A stretch of DNA of 64,000 nucleotides, taken from assembly GCA_963751435.1 (NCBI GenBank), contig CAVVUP010000007.1, positions 9,380 through 73,379 on the forward strand. Reading direction: 5' to 3'. How positions within the stretch are numbered: position 1 is the first letter of the stretch; each line of letters begins with the position of its first letter. Made by a program: the position numbers and the translations under genes. Source of the DNA: an uncultured Verrucomicrobiae bacterium (GTDB lineage: Bacteria > Verrucomicrobiota > Verrucomicrobiia > Limisphaerales > DSYF01). The notes beneath the pieces are model-generated. The model was given only the letters and a program-made list of their open reading frames with translations. It did not search any database and was not told where the DNA came from. This document shows, in pieces, positions 1-10,668 of the stretch.

Positions 1-138
1 CATGTCGTCCATCTGGAGCAGCCGACAAAGAGTCGAGTCATCGAACTGCGCCCGCCTGAGAAACTCGCGAACCTGATCGAAGCCTTCAGGCCCTCCCAAC
101 CTCAGTGGCGGATTCGAGGCAGGGGCCGCAGTCACCAT
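1..138 (-). CDS. 5' end of a gene running off the window edge; N-terminus loosely resembles methyltransferase-associated helical domains
   Basis: ATG at 138, open frame MVTAAPASNPPLRLGGPEGFDQVREFLRRAQFDDSTLCRLLQMDDM to base 1, co-oriented just downstream of tssA; product is a guess. Confidence 0.4.
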   Translation of the reverse strand, partial: MVTAAPASNPPLRLGGPEGFDQVREFLRRAQFDDSTLCRLLQMDDM

Positions 139-196
139 AGTATTGCCCACGACATTGGAGTGGTCCGTGCGAAGTTTCCCCGCAACCCATCGATCG

Positions 197-1292
197 TCAG
201 GAACCCGACTCCCCGCCGGTCTCGGCGTCCACTTCCGTCCCCAGGCTGGGTCGCATGGTATCCTTGCTGCCCACACTGAGTTCCTGAACCGCCTGGACGA
301 AACTCATCTGGGCCACCTTCTGCGCCCGGCGCAACAGGTAGGGCACCGGGCTGCCGGGCTCCACCTGGCGGTAGTAATCACAGATGCTGTCCAGCACCCG
401 GACGACATCGGCCCTGGACCGGATGGAGCCTGTGACTTGGATGCCGGCGCCGCCTGTGGGCGAACCGGCCCCACCTGTGCCGCCCCCTTCGGCAGTCGCT
501 GCACCCGCCAATTCCCCGGACGGCAGATGGCCTTTCACAGTATCGCTCGCCTGTCGCAGGACAACCTCCAGCACGTCAAAACTGATGCTGTTTGTGGCAC
601 CGAGCGTGGTCGTGAGAAAGTCGTCCATGTCATGAACCGCCTCCAGCGCTTCAGCAATCCGTTCGCTACAGGCCACAAGCTGATCGGGGGCGTCCCGCAG
701 GGCGGCGGCCAGCGCGGCGGAATCCGGTCCGGCGGAAGGCGTCCCCTCCCCCGCCGCCCGCCGGGGGCTGGGCGGAGGACTGGATCAAGGCCAGCGTGAC
801 CGGTTGCATGCCCGGGACACGGCAGAGCGGCGCGTCGTAGAGGTAATCAACAAAGCGCAACCAACTGCCCGCCAGGGCGGCAGCCCCGCGGGGCAGCGTC
901 AAGGCACCCAACCGGTTCAAGCGCAGCGTTGGATCGTTGTTATCCTCAGGATCGAGCACCGGATAAAGTTTGTCCCAATAGTCCCGCAACAGCCCGCGGA
1001 TGAGCTGCAGACCATCGACGAAGCCGGCCAGACCGTCGGTGCGGAGCAGGCTGCAGCAGAGCAAGACGGCCACCTCGATATGCTTGGACCGTCCGAGATA
1101 CTCGGCGGCCTTGTTGCCGAGCTGCTGCCAGTCCGGCGGTTCCGCCGGTTGCCGGACTTCCCCGATCTCGACCTCGGGTTTGCCCTTGAGAATGGACTGC
1201 AACTCGTCAAAGGAAGGGTCGTAGGAAAGGTCCGGCCCGCAGGGTTGCAGCTCGGAGATGGGTTGTAAGAGTTTCTCGATCGCTGGTTTCAT
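197..1292 (-). CDS. tssA: T6SS protein TssA (ImpA_N domain), split by one frameshift near 745-755
   Basis: N-term LLQPISELQPCGPDLSYDPSF...PPDW...RSKHIEVAV...GLQLIRGLLRDYWDKLYP; C-term IRSRADVVRVLDSICDYYRQVEPGSPVPYLLRRAQK in another frame; shift at a C/G homopolymer. Confidence 0.9.
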
Positions 1293-1312
1293 AGTCCATG
1301 CTTGATCCGGCC

Positions 1313-3709
1313 TCACCATCTTGGAATACGGTCCTTGAGTTCCTCGATGAACGCCTGCCGTCCTTCCTGGTTGATCCATCCGCCGGTCTGATATCCCGCT
1401 TCAATGGCCTCCAGTCCTTCCAGGATCTCCTGCCGTTGGTCCAAAGGAACGCTTCGCGGCGGCCAGGGCTTCAGGCGCTGCGCCTCCGGCGTGGTCACAC
1501 GCTTGTCGGTCGGCTTGAGAACGCTGAACCGAACCAGCAAGATCTGAAGCCGGGTGTCCAGGTCCTTCAGCTTCGTGCCAGCCCGTTCCTGATCCGCCCA
1601 AGGTTGCGCCCATTCGATCAAGCGGGCAAACGGAGGCTTGGCCCGGGTTGCCGGACTCAACCCGGCGGCGCGATTCAAGAGTTCGCTCCAATTGGTCTGC
1701 CTCCGGCACTCCTCCAATGCGCTCAGTTGCCCTGCCTCCGCCACCGCCTCCTTCCAAAGCGCCTGATACGGGTCCTTCCGGCCATAGCCCAACCCCGCCA
1801 GCTCATTGGTCCATGCGTAGTCCGCCTTGTCCAACCGCTCCTGGAACCCCTGGAGCACCCGCTGCTCCTCCATGGCCTGCACCTTCAACTGCTCAAAGGC
1901 GCTGACACCAGCGTATCGCGCACAGATCGCCAAGGCCTGCCCATACAGGCCCTGCGTGAAATCGTTCCGGGCCTCAGTCAAAGACGCTGCCTCCTCGATC
2001 TTGCCCCGCGCATCGGTCTTGAGCTTGCCGGCCGCCGGATCGTTCGGCTTGAGTTTCAACGCCTCATCAGCCTTGTCCACCGTCTCCTGCCATTGCCCCC
2101 GGCTGTAGGCCGTCCTCCCGGTCTCCATCGCGTCCTGATACTTCTTCTCACTGGCCGCCAGGGTCTTCGCCTCCTCGATCTTGCCCTGCGCACCCGACTT
2201 GAGCTTGCCGGCCGCCGCATCGTTCGGCTTGAGCTTCAACGCCTCATCGGCTTTGTCCACCGTCTCCTGCCATTGCCCCCGGCTGTAGGCCGTCCTCCCG
2301 GTCTCCATCGCGTCCTGATACTTCTTCTCAGTGGCCGCCAGCAGCTCTGCGTCCTTCAGCTTGTCCTGCGCATCCGACTTGAGCCGGCGGGCCTCGGGAT
2401 GGTTGGGCTCGATCACCAGAGCCCGCTCGGCCAGTTCAATCGCGGACTTCAAATCGCCCCGATCGAATGCGAAACGTGCGGCGTCCAAGGCCCGTTTGAG
2501 ATCCTCTTGGTCCTGTGAAGAGACCGGCTGGACCGGGAGCACCGGTGCGGGGGCCTTATTGGTTGGGCTGGTTGTCGCGATCGACGGATTCGACAATGGG
2601 CCCGGACCCGGTTGCCGAAGCAGGAGGAGTCCGACCCCAGTCGCGAGGACCAGGACGCCGATGCCGCCAAAGATCCACGGCCGCGATGAGCCTCGATGGT
2701 GCTGCGCAGGTCGAGCCGTCTCCGGGAGATCGGTGGATGGGGGCTTGGGGGACGGGGTGGACGGTTTGACCTCCGAAGTCGAGCCTGGAGGCCCTCCGAG
2801 GAATCTGGCCTCGATCTGGTTGAGCCGCACTTCGAGTTCAGGCTCAATTTCATAGGGAATCTCCGATGCCAACGGCAGCGCCTTGGGAGACGCCTGCATG
2901 CAGAAGAACTCTCCGTCACCGACTTCACCAAGCAACACGTCCACAAAACCGGCACCCGACCGCGCCAGCAGCAGCATCGGGACCTGGGCAGGAAGGCAAG
3001 TGCGCAAGAATTCCAGCCAGAGCAACTCCCCTTGAGCCTCTGTTCCGGCGCAGTGCGGCACGCGAAGGTGGACGGATCGCGCATGGCTCCCCATTCCGAG
3101 GGCTCGGGTGATCTCATGGAGCACCCGAAGCAATCCTAGGCGACCGGGTCCCAACTGCGGATTGTCCAGGAAGGACTTCCTCAACTCCTGCGAAGTCGCC
3201 GCAGTCTCCGAACCGCGCGTCTGCAAGGAGGATTGGTCCAGCCTCGCCTGGCTGGCGCGACAGGCTTCGGTGACCTCATCGGCGGTGCTCGCCTGCTGAC
3301 AGGCCGTTTTCAACTGATCCAACTCCGTCCCCGCCAGCCCCACCAAAACACCCGGAGTGGCGTCGAATGATTCCACACAAAGCACCATCGGGTATTTGGC
3401 CCGTCCCCGGCGATCCTGCGAGGACCAGAACCGTCCGTAAAACAAGCTTTCCGGACGCGACCAAAGGAACGAATGATCGTAGCCGTCGAGCCGCTTTTCC
3501 GGCTCGAGTTTGTCCCACGCACCCGAATCGATCTGACTTCCAATGCCGGACACGTACAGGCTCTGTTTGACATGAGCCAGGCCCACGGTCTGCACCCCAA
3601 TGCCGGGCATGTGATCCTCCCAGCCGGGATGCTTGCCGAAGGCAGCCAGAATCAGTCGCGGTCCAGCCTGACGGCCTTCGGTTTCCGTATCCTGATTCGA
3701 TCGTGCCAT
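1313..3709 (-). CDS. TagF-like N-terminal domain + TM helix + TPR repeats
   Basis: ILAAFGKHPGWEDHM and SQDRRGRAKYPMVL resemble TagF FGK..GDF and S.D.VGR.YP motifs; TM WIFGGIGVLVLATGVGLLLL; 60-aa TPR-like repeats; lies directly downstream of tssM as tagF usually does. Confidence 0.7.
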   Translation of the reverse strand: MARSNQDTETEGRQAGPRLILAAFGKHPGWEDHMPGIGVQTVGLAHVKQSLYVSGIGSQIDSGAWDKLEPEKRLDGYDHSFLWSRPESLFYGRFWSSQDRRGRAKYPMVLCVESFDATPGVLVGLAGTELDQLKTACQQASTADEVTEACRASQARLDQSSLQTRGSETAATSQELRKSFLDNPQLGPGRLGLLRVLHEITRALGMGSHARSVHLRVPHCAGTEAQGELLWLEFLRTCLPAQVPMLLLARSGAGFVDVLLGEVGDGEFFCMQASPKALPLASEIPYEIEPELEVRLNQIEARFLGGPPGSTSEVKPSTPSPKPPSTDLPETARPAQHHRGSSRPWIFGGIGVLVLATGVGLLLLRQPGPGPLSNPSIATTSPTNKAPAPVLPVQPVSSQDQEDLKRALDAARFAFDRGDLKSAIELAERALVIEPNHPEARRLKSDAQDKLKDAELLAATEKKYQDAMETGRTAYSRGQWQETVDKADEALKLKPNDAAAGKLKSGAQGKIEEAKTLAASEKKYQDAMETGRTAYSRGQWQETVDKADEALKLKPNDPAAGKLKTDARGKIEEAASLTEARNDFTQGLYGQALAICARYAGVSAFEQLKVQAMEEQRVLQGFQERLDKADYAWTNELAGLGYGRKDPYQALWKEAVAEAGQLSALEECRRQTNWSELLNRAAGLSPATRAKPPFARLIEWAQPWADQERAGTKLKDLDTRLQILLVRFSVLKPTDKRVTTPEAQRLKPWPPRSVPLDQRQEILEGLEAIEAGYQTGGWINQEGRQAFIEELKDRIPRW
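1674..2384. repeat. ~710 bp near-identical duplicate of 16271-16981 (TPR module)
   Basis: Co-linear match at constant offset 14597, e.g. gttcgctccaattgg at 1681/16278 and gcagctctgcgtccttcagc at 2341/16938. Confidence 0.95.
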
Positions 3710-3729
3710 GGTTGCTTGAATCCTCCGAA

Positions 3730-6700
3730 TCACTTCCGCGGCCAGTCCTCGACCTTCGGCAGAGGCCGGTTGAGACGCGCCTCAAAGACGGCATCCCCTC
3801 TCAACCCCTGCTCCTTGTCCTCCAACGGGATCCGCACCCGCCACACCATGCCGTCGCCAATCCGCTCCGCGCGTCCCTCCTCGATCAGGTGAACCAGCCC
3901 CCAGGCGCTGTACCTGGACGGGCACCTGCTCGGAAGCGGCATCGCCAGCCAGCTTGCGAAACCGCAACGTCAGGCCGCTGCCCAGGGAGCCTTCATGAAC
4001 CAGGACCGGCACGCTGGCGCGGGTCAGATCTTTCCAACCGGACGAGCTGCCAGCGAACTCAATCTGAGCCACCCTGAACACGGACAGGATGTCCCGGCCT
4101 TGAACGTCATCGCGCACCGGCGGGACAAACCAGAACTTGAGGGAATCGACAGCCCCCGCGTCGGCAACGAGCGCCCTGACCACCTCGAAGGCCGGCGCCT
4201 GTTGCAGACGCTCCAGCAAAGGGGTTCGTGGGAGTCTCGCCCATACGGGGTCCTGCAGCTCCTGCCGAAAGGCATCCGTATCACGCTTGAACGCCAGAAC
4301 CTCGCGCGCGTCCATTTGCCTTCCGGACGAGGACAGCAACACGGGGAAAGCCAGCCTGCCCAACGACTGGTTGGCCCACTCGGCTGCATACTGGTTGACC
4401 ATGTTGGTGGCGGCCACGGCCAGCAAACCGCGCACGGCTCCCAAGGGCTGCGACTGCTCCCCTTGGTAGGCCGACAGGTCGAGCTGGACCCGGTCCGTCC
4501 AAGCCACCGCGTTGGTCAGTTCCGCAAGGTTCTTGGCCGGCAGATGCTGGAGCCGGTTCGAGACGTAGAAGATGTAGTCGGCAACATATTGCTGGCGCAA
4601 TCGCTTCTCGGCCTCACCGGCGATCTTGATGCACACGTTGGTGACCGATCGGGCGTAGGCACCAGTGTAGGCGGTCAACTGGCTGCGGAAACCGTCAGCC
4701 GCCGACCTCAGATCGTCGTACCGCTTCCAACGGCTTCCCACATCCGAATCCTGGATGTCAAAGGATCCTTGGGCCAGGTCGCAGGACTGCTGATACAGGG
4801 ACCATCGGCGCGCGAATTGCGGCTCGGCCTGGCCGGGCGAGGGCACCACACAATCCGGATCGAGGACGGCCAGTTTCGGGCTGCTCCGCGAGAAGCTTTC
4901 GACGATGGTTCGGACGATATCTGACCCCAATTCCTGGAGTTTCCTGGCAATTTCGGCAAACAGGCCGCGGGTCTTCTCCTGGTCTGGCAAGCCGGCGGCG
5001 ATCTCCTTGAACATCGCTTCCGAGGCCCCTCGCGCCTGCCGTTCAAGATTGAGATACTCATTCGTCAGACTGGTCACGGGATTCTCCAGGCTTCTGCCGT
5101 CCGACACACGCGCCCAGGCATTTGAGACCCGCGACCACCGCGGCAGCAATTCCGACTGGATCGTTGAGCAGTAGTCACCGGCGGACATCAGCCAGTTCGT
5201 TTCCGCCTTCTGATAATCCCCCAGCGTATCCACCAGCTCATTCAGGTGCTGGACCTCCTGCTGAATTCGGACTTCGCTGACCCGGCTCGCCTCCCGGTAA
5301 TTCTCCAGCCCTTTCCGGATGGCCGCATTATTCGACAAGGTGTCCCCCCCAGAAGGCGGGACGGTGGCCAGTGCCCTTTGCCACTGCCCTCTTTGGAGTA
5401 AGTCCACTGCACCACCGACACCAGGTTTGTATCCAGGGAATCCGCGTCGGATTCGGTCAGGTAGCTCAGGAAGGATCGGAGATACGTCGCCGCCGCGTTG
5501 GTGCCCGGAAGGACGCCTCCTGCGGCATACCGGTCGGCTTCCAGGCGGATCAGCGAGATGAGAGCCTGCTGATAGCGTTCAAGCGCATGGGCATCGCTCC
5601 CCACCGGGCGGTTGATCATCTTGTTGCGGGTCTGCTCGACCAGCGGCTTGAGCACGCTGCTTTCGAGGAGTGTCCGTTGACCTTCGGCGCGATCCTTGTT
5701 GATGCCCAAGCTGACCGGTTTGAACACCCACACGACGCTGAGCCTCCTTTCCACAAGCTCCTTGAGCTTGGTGTGGTAATCCACCAGCGTCAATCCGCCG
5801 GAACCTTCCACCACATTGGTCCCGGCGTAGGTGAATCGGAACGGGTCACTGTCACTCTCCCCGGCTCGAACAATGCGAGGAGACCAGTCTCCCCGATCAT
5901 TCCAACCGGCGGCTCCCGCCTTCCAGTAGGAGGATTCCCGGCCTACTTTGCGCTGAAGATTGCCGTAGCTCAGACCCGCGAGGCTGAGGACCAGGCACAA
6001 CGCCAGCGCCGCGCTCCCGAAGATGGCGAATTGCCGTTTGCGGAGCATTTGCAGGGTGTTGGTGGCGCGGGTCACCAGCCCGCTCTCCGCAAACACCTTC
6101 TTCTTGAACAAATCAGTGAGAAAGAAGGCGCGATTCCGCTCCCAACGGCGCTCCTCCGGCAAATCATCCACGGAGAGTCCCGTCGCCAGTGCGATGGCCT
6201 CGTCCAGGGCCTTGCCCTCGCGCATCGACGACGTGAAGTAAATGCCCCGCAGAAAAACCGGCTTGGCCGACCATTCTCCCGCCACGAAGGTCGTCTCCAG
6301 GTAGCGTTGCAATCGGGGTGCGAGCCGCAGAATGCTCTCCGTCATGGCAAAGAGAGAGTCCACCTCGTCCAGCCGTCGCTGGGCGCTTTGGGCGCCCCCG
6401 AGAGGCTTGGCGACGAAGAAATCCGTCTCGCCCCCCAGCCGCCCGACACTGGAGCCGTTTCGAAGCAAGGCCAATCGGCGGCGACGCAGCCGTTCCACCA
6501 TGCTCTTGAGATGCAGCGGGACCTGATCGGGCTTGAAAGGAGCATCCAGCGGTTCCGGGTTCGACCAGCCGAATATCTGATGCTGCAGCATGGGGTCATC
6601 GATGCTGTCAAAGAACTCGCGGAACCCCGTGAGCAGGTCGCTCTTGGTGACCAGCAGGTAAACCGGGAACCGCACATCGAGCGCGCGCTGGATCAAATCC

Positions 6701-7395
6701 AACTGTTGCGCCAGACGACTGGCCTTGCGGGCGATGTCGTCGGCGGAGTCCTTGATCAAGCTGTCAATGGAAAGCACCAGAAACAGCCCGTTGATGGGGC
6801 AGTTGGGGCGCGCTTTGCGCAGCAAGGCCAGGAAGGCCCGCCACTGCGGGCTTTCGCCCGCCTTGGCCTCGTTGAAGAGCATGGACCCCGCAGTATCCAG
6901 GATGATCCCGTGATTGGTGAACCACCAGTCCATGTTGACCGTGCCCCCCGAACCCTGCATCTCATCCTGCATGCCCGGCGGAAACTCGATGCCGGAATGA
7001 CGAAGCGCCTCCGTCTTGCCGGAGGCCGGTTCTCCGATGATGACATACCAAGGCAGCCGATAAATGTCCTTGCCCCGGCTCTTGAACTCCTGAAGCCCGC
7101 GCTGGAACTTCTGACGCAGCTTGTCGAGTTCAGCGCGTTTGTTTGGATCACTGATCGCCTGGGGGGTTTCAGCGGACCGGGCGTGAATTTCAGAGGAGAA
7201 TTGTTCGCGCTTCTTGCGCGCCGTCAGACGCCGCCACAGAAAGTAACCGCCGAACAGGAGCAGGAAGAGCAGGAGGATGCCCAGGGCAATCCAGATGCCG
7301 TACCGGGGCACGGCGAACGCCCCGCCCACGGCACCCAGGCCAATGGCACCCAGACCCGCCTTCACCTTAAGGCTCAGTTTTGATTCGTCATCCAT
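3730..7395 (-). CDS. tssM: T6SS membrane complex protein TssM/IcmF, frameshifted near 5350 and 3915
   Basis: N-terminal TMs, LPWYVIIGEPASGKT (Walker A), WWFTNHGIILDTAG, PINGLFLVLS, RFPVYLLVTKSDLLTGF, FLRGIYFTSS; continues through ORFs 3782-5407 and 3730-3942. Confidence 0.9.
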
Positions 7396-7442
7396 GATCC
7401 AACCTGCTGATTCCAGTTCCGTTCACGCGCACGCAGACACCT

Positions 7443-8147
7443 TCAGCGCTCCACGCTTGCACTCCGGGCGGCTTGCTCCTTGATCACTTCCAAAGACGAT
7501 GTCAGATCCCCCACGGCCTTGGCATACAATCCGATGTAGATGACCAGGATGCTGAGGCTTAAAAAGACGAAGGCGATGACCACCAGAATGATCTTGCTGC
7601 TGGGCGGTTCGGTCAGCACCCGCGTGTCGATCGAGTTGTAAGCCTCCTCGCTGATCCTGGATCTCGGATCGGCATCCACCCACAGGCGGATCCTCGGAAA
7701 AATCTTGTCCATGTAGATCCGCAAGTGCTCGGGCTGCCCGATATACATGCCCGTGAACCCCAGTCCCAGGCAGACGTAGTAAACCGCCAGCCGCTCCGCC
7801 GCCTCCTGGCTGGTGTCGGCCAGGTCCGCATCGAGCAGTTCGAAAAAACGTTCGTCGCCCGCCAGTTCATTGCGTTCCACCGCCAGGCGACTTTGCGCCC
7901 ACTGCGACGCAAACTGCAGCCGGCTGGTGCAGATGATGTTGTCCACGAAGAAGATGACGGGCAACTCGAGCTTCTTGACCTGTTCGAGCAACAATCCGTC
8001 CGACGAGGCTTTCTGAAGAATCCGGGCGAGGAGGTCCCTGATTTCCTGCCGCACCATCGCCAGCTCGGGATGCTTCGGTGTCCTGGCAATCCGGTTCAGC
8101 CGGCAGAGGTATTGGAACAGGTCCTCGTATAAATCCAGCAGCTTCAT
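7443..8147 (-). CDS. tssL: T6SS protein TssL/DotU
   Basis: LAGDERFFELL, VYYVCLGLGFTGMY motif, single C-terminal TM; between tssK and tssM. Confidence 0.9.
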   Translation of the reverse strand: MKLLDLYEDLFQYLCRLNRIARTPKHPELAMVRQEIRDLLARILQKASSDGLLLEQVKKLELPVIFFVDNIICTSRLQFASQWAQSRLAVERNELAGDERFFELLDADLADTSQEAAERLAVYYVCLGLGFTGMYIGQPEHLRIYMDKIFPRIRLWVDADPRSRISEEAYNSIDTRVLTEPPSSKIILVVIAFVFLSLSILVIYIGLYAKAVGDLTSSLEVIKEQAARSASVER

Positions 8148-8151
8148 GTGT

Positions 8152-9507
8152 TCAGGCGCCAGCCAGCGTCATGTAAAGCGTGAACGTCGCCTCCGAAAGG
8201 TCGAGTTCAGAGTTGTTCCAGACCAACACCATGGCCTTCTCGGACTTGATGGCCTCCCATCGGCGCAGGTTCGAGTCGGGCTGCAGTCGGAAATAGTGCA
8301 GGTCCCCCTGACTGGGCAGGTCCAGCGGCGGGGAGGCCTCCTCCTGCAAAGCGATGCCCTGCACGGCCACGTTCTGCAGGCTTCTGGGCATGAGCTTGAA
8401 CTTGTTGATATCCCGCACATAGAGAGCCAGCCGCGTCCGTTCCGTGCGCGTCTTGACTCCCAGGTAATAGGCGGTGGCTTTGTCGAAATGCTGCTGCTCC
8501 ATCTGCGCCAACAGGCCGCCCGGCGATCCGGAGAACTGAACCTTCATCGGCTCGATGGCTCCCTTGACCCGGATTTCCGCCCGGATTTTGCGGTCGAGTT
8601 CCCGGAAGCAGGTCAGGGGATCGTCATGGGCGTAGGGCGCGCACGCGAACGCATCCCGCTGAGGATTCAGGGCCAGCAACTCGCCCAGCAACTCGCGCAA
8701 TTCCTGGTAGAACTCGAAGGGCGACACCTGGCCCGGTTCCAGCAGGCCGGGGAGGCTGGCACAAAACCGGTTCAGGGTCTGCAGCCTCGCCGTAAGCTCC
8801 CACTTCATTTCCATACCCAAGCCCCCCGTGGCCAGCCGGCTCTGGACATCGTTGCGGCTGGCATTCATCTGCGCCACCAGATCCCGGAGCAGGTTGTGCA
8901 GCGTCGGCGAGGAGTGGAGGAAGACACAAGGTGGCACGAACTCGGGATCCAGCCGCGCCCTCCCCGCGTCCTCGCCCGTCGCTCGCACGATCCGCATCAA
9001 CGGCAACACCTCCATGTCCGACACATCCTCCTCCTTGAAAACCACCCGCGCGTTCACCTTGCGGAAATAAATCGGCTGCGGATTGTCGCCGGTGTTCTCG
9101 TCGGTCACATCCCGGGTTTCCGACGGGATGAACAGCAGTTTCACCCGGGGATCCACCGGCTCCCCCGGACGGAAAGCATTGGCCCGGGTCTTGGTCCACA
9201 ACGGCACGGCGAGGAAAAGGTCCATGCTGCCGCTGCCGCGAGCCAGTTCAGCCTTGATGGGCAGGGCGGGAAGCTCGGCGGCGTCCGGATAAGAGACCTC
9301 CGTGCCGCTGGGCATGATGGCCCGAAGCCGCTCGAAGCGCACGCGTCCGTCCGCCAGGTCATCCTGGGAAACCCGGCTCTCTATGACGCCGTGCACGTAG
9401 GGTGTCAGAAGGGCTCTGGAGGATCTGAACTCCCGCAGCAGGGCCTGCTGCATGTTCTGCAGGTGATGCGGCTGCAAAAAGAGACCTTCGTGCCAGTGTA
9501 CTTGCAT
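8152..9507 (-). CDS. tssK: T6SS baseplate subunit TssK
   Basis: VHWHEGLFLQPHHLQ N-terminus, LDPEFVPP, PYAHDDPLTCF; 451 aa. Confidence 0.95.
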   Translation of the reverse strand: MQVHWHEGLFLQPHHLQNMQQALLREFRSSRALLTPYVHGVIESRVSQDDLADGRVRFERLRAIMPSGTEVSYPDAAELPALPIKAELARGSGSMDLFLAVPLWTKTRANAFRPGEPVDPRVKLLFIPSETRDVTDENTGDNPQPIYFRKVNARVVFKEEDVSDMEVLPLMRIVRATGEDAGRARLDPEFVPPCVFLHSSPTLHNLLRDLVAQMNASRNDVQSRLATGGLGMEMKWELTARLQTLNRFCASLPGLLEPGQVSPFEFYQELRELLGELLALNPQRDAFACAPYAHDDPLTCFRELDRKIRAEIRVKGAIEPMKVQFSGSPGGLLAQMEQQHFDKATAYYLGVKTRTERTRLALYVRDINKFKLMPRSLQNVAVQGIALQEEASPPLDLPSQGDLHYFRLQPDSNLRRWEAIKSEKAMVLVWNNSELDLSEATFTLYMTLAGA

Positions 9508-9521
9508 AAGTCAAATCGGAC

Positions 9522-10451
9522 CTAGAGTCCGAGCTTGCCCCGGACGACTTTGCCCATGCAATCCTTGATCTGCCGATCGATCAGGTCCGCCGTGGCGAAC
9601 CCCCGGGCCAGATCCTTGTACTTGTCCCAACAACACAATTCAAAACTCCGGCGAAACCCATGGCGCCCTTCCGTCTTGACCACCTCCTCGATGGCCTCCG
9701 GCGAGCAGCGCCGCAGAAATTCATTCCCGTAGTTGCGTCCGCCGACCAGCATTCCGGTCACCAACGAACCCAGCCGCGACGAAAAGGCCTGGACCTCCAA
9801 CTTCAGCGTTTCCCGTTTGCCAGTCAGGTATTCCCGAAAGGCGCCGGAGAGTTCCTTCTCTTCGCTGATTCGGTTCCGGGGCACGTTCCATTGCTCCAGG
9901 GTCTTGCTGGTAGCCTGATCCACCCTTAAGAGCAGGGTGGACAACTCGCCAAGGAGCAGGAAGACCCGGTCAAGCTGTGGACTCTGCCCCTCGCTCAAGC
10001 CGATGCTCTTGATCCACTCGGGCGGAATATTGATCGGGGGCTGAACTTCGTGCGTCTCCACTTGAACCATTCCTTCACTGGCAAGCCGCTGGACCCATTG
10101 CGCACGATGGTCCGCCGGAAGGTCACGACAAACAGCAAGGAACCGATCGAACAATTGGTCCGGGGTTTCCGGTTCGGGTTCGGGGGCGGCGGCCGCAGCC
10201 GGCTGAGGGGCCGCCGCAAGCCGGATGGCCTGCCCGGCTACGGGAAAACGCTCCAATAATCCCTGCAAAAGCCTTTGCCGATCCGGCCTCGACGCATCCT
10301 TGAGCATGCGACTGACCTCGTCCCTGAGCGACAGACGTCGCTCCTCGCTGCCTGCCTGGGAAAGGTCGGCGTGCACCAAGCGCAACCGGCTCGCCAAGGC
10401 ATTGACGAGGTTCATCTCCTTATCCGTCAATGCTGTGTCGGAGTGATTCAT
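9522..10451 (-). CDS. Hypothetical T6SS-associated protein; C-terminus resembles the TagH/Fha C-terminal domain, no FHA domain seen
   Basis: GMLVGGRNYGNEFLRRCSPEAIEE...CWDKYKDL pattern resembles TagH C-term (AG...LL.RF.P..LE...W..Y); ends 14 bp before tssK start. Confidence 0.55.
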   Translation of the reverse strand: MNHSDTALTDKEMNLVNALASRLRLVHADLSQAGSEERRLSLRDEVSRMLKDASRPDRQRLLQGLLERFPVAGQAIRLAAAPQPAAAAAPEPEPETPDQLFDRFLAVCRDLPADHRAQWVQRLASEGMVQVETHEVQPPINIPPEWIKSIGLSEGQSPQLDRVFLLLGELSTLLLRVDQATSKTLEQWNVPRNRISEEKELSGAFREYLTGKRETLKLEVQAFSSRLGSLVTGMLVGGRNYGNEFLRRCSPEAIEEVVKTEGRHGFRRSFELCCWDKYKDLARGFATADLIDRQIKDCMGKVVRGKLGL

Positions 10452-10668
10452 GCAAGCCCTCGATCGAACACGCCAAATCAATCGCTGAATCGAGCTTAGC
10501 CCCGCTCGAAACGATTGCCAGCGAAAAAGGTCTCTCAGACTCAACCCAAATCCAGCGATCACCCGTCATCGGACAGGCGTCACGCATACCCGCCTCGTCG
10601 CCGACCACACAAGGCCCCCCTGACCCCGTTCTGACCGCGGTCACGCACAGGCACACTGCCGGTCCGCA

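Noticed and set aside
740-5365. Programmed frameshifting or phase variation in tssA and tssM
   Set aside because: Shifts sit at G/C homopolymers in a contig with many indel errors; cannot be separated from sequencing error (tssM slippage is known in Citrobacter but at a poly-A tract)
5371-9525. Long plus-strand ORFs opposite tssM and tssK
   Set aside because: High-GC antisense shadows with no recognisable motifs
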